Of a stretch of DNA of 64,000 nt, positions 56,226 through 64,000 are shown one piece after another; the stretch's first letter is position 1, and the number at the start of each line of letters is the position of its first letter. The stretch is from NCBI GenBank assembly GCA_964016885.1, contig OZ024742.1, positions 193,192,001 to 193,256,000 on the forward strand, written 5' to 3'. The notes under the pieces were generated by a model. That model was not told the origin of the DNA. It worked only from the letters and a program-made list of their open reading frames with translations, and made no database searches. The position numbers and the translations under genes were made by a program. Origin of the DNA: Eledone cirrhosa. Its lineage: Eukaryota.

Positions 56226-57252
56226 AGATGCGAGTCCCTGTGAAAATTTTGTCGCGCCACTCCTGGCCCGTCTGTGGTGTGACATTAATATCGACCTTCC
56301 TTCCTCTCTCTTTCTATCTTCCTTCTTGTAGCTATCAACCATTACTCTTTTACTTCTCTAAGCAAAATTTTAAAGTTCCAACTTTCTGTCGGACTGTTGG
56401 GTGGGTTTTAATGGCGGCGCGACCAGCTCCCTGGCGAACGAGCTCACCTGGAGTGCTTGGAAAAATAAATTTCCCCTTCTTTCAGTAAATGAAAATACTC
56501 GGCGTAGCTTAATTCGCCATGGGGCCCGGGGCGCAGCCGGTGTTTTAACCGCCACATAGTACCTTTAAATTACAGAACAAATCGGAACTATTATATAATT
56601 AAATGTTAAACTGTTGAACTTTAAATTTTCTAACCTCTTTAATATTGAATATTGATTAGTAATTTTTTTAACTTCATCCTAGAAGTCTAAACACTGTAAC
56701 ACACGGACTCCCAATATATTTACCTCTGCTAAGATGCGGGTCCCTGTGAACATTTTCTCGCGCCACTCCTGGCTTCTCTGTGGTCTGACATTAATATCGA
56801 CCTTTCTTCCTCTTTCTTTCTATCTTCCTTCTTGTAGCCATCAACTCTTACTTTTCTACTTCTCTCTTCCCTTCCTTCTCTTCTCCCCTCCTCCTGTCTT
56901 CCTCCCGCATACTTATCTTCCTTCCCTCTCTTGCTTGCCTATATCTGACCGGTAGTAGTTGCCTTTCTTCTTTTAGCTGACATTAACCCTGGCTTCACTT
57001 CTTCTTTCTTCCCCCTTCTTCTCTCTCCTTCCTTTCTTTCTTTCTTTTCCTTGTGTCATGAGATCGACGTTAACTTATGCTCCCATCCCTTTCTGTTTTC
57101 GTTTATCTGACCGGTAGTAGCATACTATAAATTTTAGCCACGTCACTCCAGGGCGACCGGCTGAGGTTGAAGGAACAGAATAGCGGTCATCCTCGGGTCT
57201 CGATTTTCAGCCCCATGGATTTTACCTATTACATTCACGTATTATATTTCGA

Positions 57253-57310
57253 ATACCTGATGATATCACCGGATTCATACGGAACCCGGTCATTGAAATG
57301 ATCATAGTAT
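57253..57310 (+). ncRNA. Minimal hammerhead ribozyme motif
   Basis: atac CTGATGA tatcaccgg..ccggtcatt GAAA tgatca TA gtat; palindrome ATGATCAT. Confidence 0.75.
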
Positions 57311-57804
57311 AATAAACCTTTCAAGGATTTACATAAATCCAGCCTCCTGTCATTTCATTATAATATTTAACTCCGTAATAGCACCACCAACTACAAAAAC
57401 AAAGACGGTTGAACTGCTTTACGTTGAGTACTCTCTATATTATTGCATTACGATTGACCATACGGAATAGACCAGCTCTATACAGTGTTGAACCTCAAAC
57501 CTGAATAAATAACGCTCCTGAAATGTTGAGCACTTCAAAATGTAATAATCAACAGCGGCATGGGACTGAATATATCTAACCACAATTCGAACTTTGGCTA
57601 CCCGGTGTTTTCGCCTGGCCCATTGCTACTCCCCTCACAGAATATCCGAACTTCGACGGAACTCCACGGACTAGACCATAACATGCATTGTACTGCACTC
57701 TATTAACTAAATGGCTACCCTATACTTCTGGGCATGTATAACTCACACTGAACTCCCAGACGAGAACACACACTGTTTCCACATCTATATGCATAATCTG
57801 ACTG

Positions 57805-58500
57805 CAACTTGAACTATATTGTATTTCTCCTGTGTCTTGAACTCTCCATTTAATAGACAACGACTCTTGTTTGTTTATTTATATCTTTACATCTTTATTT
57901 GCTGTATTGATGCTCCTCCACGTATTCTACCTCTATACATCCATGTACTTTCTACTTCCCTTATTCGGACTTTTACTCGCGTGTACCCTTAGCACACGTC
58001 ACTGGAATATCTACCCCAGGGAACATAAATACCGCAACCTGAACTATATTGTATTTCTCCTGTGTCTTGAACTCTACATTTACTAGACAACGACTATTGT
58101 TTGTTTATCTATATCTTCACATCTTTGTTTGCTGTATTAATGTTTTTCCACGTACTCTACCTCTATACATCCATGTACTTTTTACTTCCCTTATTCAGAC
58201 TTTTACTCGCGTGCATCCTTAGCACACGACACAGGATTGACCCCCCCCCCCCCCGGGAACATTAATACTGCAACCTGAACTATATTGTAATCCTCCTATG
58301 TCCTGATTTATCCATCTTACTCCAACACCACTCTTGTTGGTTTATTTACATGTTTATACCTATATATTGATATGTTTATATATTTATACCTCTGCTGTAC
58401 CAATGTGCTCTTCCACGTATTCCACTTCTATGTATCCATGTATTTCTACTCCTCACATTGGGACCTGTACCCATTAGCACACGACACTAGAATGTCTCCT
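57805..58500 (+). repeat. Three diverged tandem units of about 230 bp
   Basis: Recurring gcaac(c/t)tgaactatattgta..agcacacg motif at about 57805, 58035 and 58270. Confidence 0.85.
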
Positions 58501-60152
58501 CCTGAGAACAAAAATTAAACATGACACAACTATATCCCGTACTCTACATCCCACTAGGATAAATTACAGATCGACATAATACAATTAACGTTTCTTCATA
58601 AAAGACTCTATTTAATTAAACCCCGCAACCCAAAACCTCATAGAAGTTATTTGAATGTTTAATTTTCAATTTTCTGCTTGTTCAATTCTCAATCTTCTTA
58701 CTCCTTAGTTTTATAATGTTATTCTGAATTCTTTCAACTTCATCCGATAGAGTTAAGCAACATTCTAAAGTTCCAACTTTCTGTCAGACCGATGGGTGGG
58801 TTTTGGCGGCGGCGCGACCGGCTCCCTGGCGAACGGGCTCACCTGGAGTGCTTGGAAAAATAAATTTCTCCTTCTTTCGGTAAATGAAAATACTCGGCGT
58901 GGCTTAGTTCGCCATGGGGCCCGGGGCGCGGCCGGTGTTTTAACCGCCAAATAGTACCTTTAAATTACAGAACAAATCGGAACTATTAGATATATCAACC
59001 TGAAACTGTTGAGCTTTAAATTTTCTAACCTCTTTAATATGGAATATTGATTATTAATTTTTTAACTTCATCCTATAAGTCTAAACATTGTAACACACTG
59101 ACCCCCAATATATTCACCTCTGCTAAGATGCGAGTCCCTGTGAAAATTTTGTCGCGCCACTCCTGGCCCGACTGTGGTGTGACATTAATATCGACCTTCC
59201 TTCCTCTCTCTTTCTATCTTCCTTCTTGTAGCTATCAACCATTACTCTTTTACTTCTCTAAGCAACATTTTAAAGTTCCAACTTTCTGTCGGACTGTTGG
59301 GTGGGTTTTAATGGCGGCGCGACCAGCTCCCTGGCGAACGAGCTCACCTGGAGTGCTTGGAAAAATAAATTTCCCCTTCTTTCAGTAAATGAAAATACTC
59401 GGCGTAGCTTAATTCTCCATGGGGCCCGGGGCGCGGCCGGTGTTTTAACCGCCACATAGTACCTTTAAATTACAGAACAAATCGGAACTATTATATAATT
59501 AAATGTTAAACTGTTGAACTTTAAATTTTCTAACCTCTTTAATATTGAATATTGATTAGTAATTTTTTTAACTTCATCCTAGATGTCTAAACACTGTAAC
59601 ACACGGACTCCCAATATATTCACCTCTGCTAAGATGCGGGTCCCTTTGTACATTTTCTCGCGCCACCCCTGGCTTGACTGTGGTCTGACATTAATATCGA
59701 CCTTTCTTCCTCTTTCTTTCTATCTTCCTTCTTGTAGCCATCAACTCTTACTTTTCTACTTCTCTCTTCCCTTCCTTCTCTTCTCCCCTCCTCCTGTCTT
59801 CCTCCCGCAGACTTATCTTCCTTCCCCCTCTTGCTTGCCTATATCTGACCGGTAGTAGTTGCCTTTCTTCTTTTAGCTGACATTAACCCTGGCTTCTCTT
59901 CTTCTTTCTTCCCCTTCTTCTCTCTCCTTCCTTTCTTTCTTTCTTTTACCTTGTGTCACGAGATCGACGTTAACTTATGCTCCCATCCCTTTCTGTTTTC
60001 GTTTATCTGACCGTTAGTAGCATACTATAAATTTTAGCCACGTCACTCCAGGGCGACCGGCTGAGGTTGAAGGAACAGAATAGCGGTCGCCCTCGGGTCG
60101 CGATTTTAAGCCCCATGGATTTTACCTATTACATTCACGTATTATATTTCGA

Positions 60153-60210
60153 ATACCTGATGATATCACCGGATTCATACGGAACCCGGTCATTGAAATG
60201 ATCATAGTAT
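60153..60210 (+). ncRNA. Minimal hammerhead ribozyme motif (second copy)
   Basis: Identical to 57253-57310. Confidence 0.75.
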
Positions 60211-60285
60211 AATAAACCTTTCAAGGATTTACACAAATCCAGCCTCCTGTTATTTCATTATATTATATATATATATATATATATA

Positions 60286-60495
60286 TTAATAAAAGGAATT
60301 CCAACTTTGTCTGATTTACTCGTTTTATTTACAATCTTTTAAAATTGATTAATGGTATTAGAATTAATACCTGTTCAGTTAACACTTAACATTTAATATT
60401 CTACCATACTATTTCATTCTAATACCATTAATCAATTTTAACGGATTGTAAATAAAACGAGTAAATCAGACAAAGTTGGAATTCCTTTTATTAAT
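60286..60495. repeat. Fold-back of the 3' tail of the Neptune-like family at 30170
   Basis: attaataaaaggaattccaactttgtctg.. inverted arms; matches 30175-30255. Confidence 0.8.
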
Positions 60496-60643
60496 ATAAT
60501 CTTCTATACACAATCATACACACCCGTGTATATTTGTCTATATATATAAATATATATATATATCATAAAACATGCATATATAATCACCAGATAAAATGTA
60601 TACCGTTTCCTCGTGACCGGTTGCAAAACACATATATATCTAT

Positions 60644-60686
<43 letters not shown>

Positions 60687-60816
60687 AGTGTGTATGTATA
60701 AATATATGTATATATATATATATATGTAGAAGTGGTATTTAATTTGTTGGAAGTCCGACAAATATTAATATTCATAACTGATTTAGAGCACTCAACAACT
60801 TACTGGAGTAAATATT

Positions 60817-63644
60817 CAATGATATTAAATAAATAGAAACTCTATTTATAAAACCGTATTTATTTTATTATATGTATTTCAAGGGCAACCAAGATAACAT
60901 TGGTGCGCTTTCATCAGATAAAATACAAAGTTTGTTTTATAAATAGAGACATACCCATGAAAATCATACCTTATCGGTTGGAAATTCACTGGATAGTGGA
61001 AATATATTAGGGATTATTCAAACTTATGTCTGAATATGCAAATGAATATGTAAATAATTGAAAAACAACCGTTTATTTAAATGACACTGGAGAAAGAGAG
61101 AGAAAAAATAAAAAAAATATAACGAGAGAGAGGGAGAGAAGAAATTAACAAGAGTAATTGTGAAATTAATAGAAAAAGAAAATCGATAATACAATTCTTC
61201 AATAGCTACAACCTTAAGTTAGAAATAGAATAACTAAAATATTGTTAACTTTTTTAGAAGTAACATTAAACCTTAACACATGGCTCTACTATCCATTCCA
61301 TAAAATTAATGAGAATCTAAACTATTTAAGTTTTAACTCTAATCATCCTAGATCTATCAAGAACACTATTATTAATTCTATCCAACAACGTATTTCACGC
61401 ATCTCCGCTAATAAAACATTTTTTACGATAAGACAGAATATTATAATGAAGCTTTAAATAGAGCAGGCTATATAAATAAAATTAAATACACCGACAACAG
61501 TGATACAGAAAATAACCATACTATTAATTATAATTACAATAAACAATCTAACTTAAACTCTAAAACTAACAGAAGAAATAGAACTAGAAATATTATTTGG
61601 TACTCACCACCATTCTCATTAAGTGTTAAAACACCTTTAGCAAAGCTATTCTTCAAAGCAGTAGATAAATGCCCACAGATACCACTCAATCTTTAACAGA
61701 CATACTATAAAACTATCTTACTCTACTACTATGAACATAGCACAGAATATAAATAGATTCAATAATAGAAATTTAAACCATAACCAAAATAGCAGTAACA
61801 TCTCTAGCAATATCCAACATAGTACCGTTTTGAACAATAACAACTCCGCAAAATGTAACTGTAGAATTAAATTAAAATGTCCTTTACAAAATAAGTGTTT
61901 AGATAAGGACGTGGTCTATAGATGTACAGTCGAAACCAGTGATAATATATTTAACTATGTAGGTGCAACTTGTACAGAATTTAAAAGTCGTTGGAATAAT
62001 CACAAATGCTCTTTCCAAAGATTTGATAAACAATCTTCAACTTCTCTTTCAAACCTGATATGGAACTTAAAATGATAGAATATGGACTATTCTTTAACTT
62101 GGGAAATAGATTCGAAAGCACCCGCATACCGAAACACAGCTTTATCTAGATTTTGCAAATTGTGTGTTGAGGAAATTTTTTTCATACTTAAATGTAAGAA
62201 CTCTATTAATATAAGGACGAATTTATTTAGTTCTTGTAGACATCGCCTGAACTGAACGTTTAGAACTATATATAAATTATAATTACGCTTATAATATTTC
62301 TACTTATTTCCATAACAATCTTATCCACTTGGTTTTAATATATTGATATCTCTAAAGCATAGCTGTAACATTTGCTATAATTTCACTTCTTAAAGTTTCT
62401 TAAAATATATACATATATAATTCTAATTTTTTATATTTTAATTTCAAATTTAATTTTAATTTTAATTGAAATATTAATCTTAATAATTTTTAATTCTTTA
62501 TTTTCATTTCTTTAATTTTCTTTAATTCGTTATCTATTTTTAAAAATTACTTATTTTTTAAAAATTACTTATCTTTTATGAAGTATTTAAAAAACAAATT
62601 TTCCCGAATTTTTAATGTTTTTTCAATATTTTTTATTAGATTTATAAACACTAACTAATTCTGGCTAAATATATCTTTAACGTTTATACTTATTTTGACA
62701 GAATAGTCTCATACTAATGAATAAATAAACAAAACTGGAGTTTTTCCGTATCTTCCCATTTTAAAATATATAAATATAAATATTCTTCTTAACTCAGTTA
62801 ACTTAATTTAATTTAATTAATATTTACTTACATTAAATACAAAACTAATATCCCTCATAACTCCTTAAACCAATTATCTATAACACTAAATACCCATATA
62901 TTCATTTATTTATCTATTTATCTATTTATCCATTTATTTATTTATTTATTTATATATTTATTTATTTATTTTTGAAATCTATTCTTCTATCTATTATAAC
63001 AGTAAATATTATATTAGGAGGGCGGTGGATTGGCAGTATGGGTAGAGGGTCGGACGCCATGCTTTCTAGCATAGTTACGTCCCTTTAAGTCTGAGTTCAA
63101 ATCCCGCCGAGGTTAACTTTGCCTTTCATCCTTACGGGGTCGATAAAATAAAGTACCAGTAATGTACTGGAAAATTGCTGGGCTTGTGCCTAAAGTAGAA
63201 ACAATTATATTAGAAAAGAATTTTAACAACTAATTAATCGTAAATGCACGTACCATTGAATATATTCCCCCAAATTTACGTTATTTGAGTTTTATTCATC
63301 CTCTTGTTAATTTCTTCTCTCTCTCTCGTAATATTTTTTATTTTTCTCTCTCTCCTTTTTCTCTCTTTCGTCCTCCAGTGTCATTTAAATAAACGGTTGT
63401 TTCTCAATTATTTACATATTCATTTGCATATTCACACATAAGTTTGAATAATCCCTAATATATTTCCACTATCCAGTGAATTTCCAACCGATAGGGTATG
63501 ATCTTCATGGGTATGTCTCTATTTATAAAACAAACTTTGTATTTTATCTGATGAAAGCGCATGTTATATTGGTTGCCCTTGAAATATATATAATAAAATA
63601 AATATGGTTTTATAAATATAGTTTCCATTTATTTAATATCATTG
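60817..63644 (+). mobile_element. PLE relic (Hydra-clade-like) with inverted 5' pLTR and 3' pLTR
   Basis: Coding relic about 61240-62255 (FLEVTLNL, SNHP, IIWYSPPFS, CNCRIKLKCPLQNKC, YVG); arms 60817-61153 and 63301-63644; HHRs 60863-60923 (-) and 63542-63598 (+). Confidence 0.88.
63021..63207 (+). mobile_element. tRNA-derived SINE nested in the PLE 3' region
   Basis: Family match. Confidence 0.9.
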
Positions 63645-63720
63645 TATATATATATATATATATATATACTACAAGGATAAGGAACACTGATTCAGTGTTG
63701 CATCATAACATATTTGATAA

Positions 63721-63794
63721 CATATTACATATATTTCATTATAGATCAGCTCGAGGCATGAACTGACTCTGTAATTTAAAGGTCGTCAGATATA
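63721..63794 (-). ncRNA. Hammerhead-like motif, irregular stem II
   Basis: tatat CTGACGA cctttaa[hairpin] GAAA tatatg TA atatg. Confidence 0.4.
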
Positions 63795-64000
63795 CTTAGT
63801 ATATGAATTTGTTTCCGATTCTGAGTGTTCAAATCTTCAGCTATTAGCTATCTACAGAACATGTTAACATCATGTTATTCTAGGCCTGTTCATTGGTTCA
63901 ATTATCTCATCATCATCATCATTATACTCTCGGGGTGGTGGCTGTCTGTATATGTATATATATATATATATTAAAATAACAGCTTAAAGTTTAAGCAAAG

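Larger units (their letters stand above)
56217..60262 (+). mobile_element. Non-coding element with 1146-bp direct repeats, each carrying a hammerhead (retrozyme / non-autonomous PLE-like)
   Basis: 56217-57362 matches 59117-60262 (offset 2900); no RT/EN ORF; ends at (TA)n. Confidence 0.75.

Noticed and set aside
57805-58500. CRISPR-like array
   Set aside because: Long diverged tandem units without unique spacers; eukaryotic context, no cas genes.
56217-60262. LTR retrotransposon
   Set aside because: No TG..CA termini, primer-binding site, polypurine tract, TSD or gag/pol visible; hammerheads and a (TA)n end fit PLE/retrozyme better.
62073-62078. Selenocysteine read-through at an in-frame TGA in the PLE endonuclease
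   Set aside because: TGA is directly followed by TAG, the position is not a conserved Cys, and the copy has other lesions.

Overview
Eukaryotic, AT-rich, microsatellite-saturated animal DNA. The tRNA-derived SINE and the repeat landscape suggest an octopod cephalopod (inference). Almost all ORF-track hits are microsatellite noise. The only host coding sequence I can support is one 66-nt plus-strand exon of an M13 (neprilysin/ECE-like) metallopeptidase at 5724-5789. The rest is transposon-derived: about 12 SINE copies, two Tx1/L1-clade LINEs, an RTE LINE, three R4/Dong-like RLE elements sitting in (CATA)n, non-autonomous bipartite RTE derivatives, and several Penelope-like element (PLE) relics. 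The main signal is invisible to the ORF track: a dense set of minimal hammerhead ribozyme (HHR) motifs from many unrelated sequence families, most with palindromic stem III. They occur (i) in non-coding fold-back mini-elements in (TA)n-rich tracts, always with the ribozyme pointing outward, (ii) in pseudo-LTRs (pLTRs) of PLE relics, and (iii) bracketing a 2.9-kb non-coding retrozyme-like unit at 56217-60262. Two families carry a compensatory U3-A8 core. All structures were paired by eye; no activity is demonstrated.
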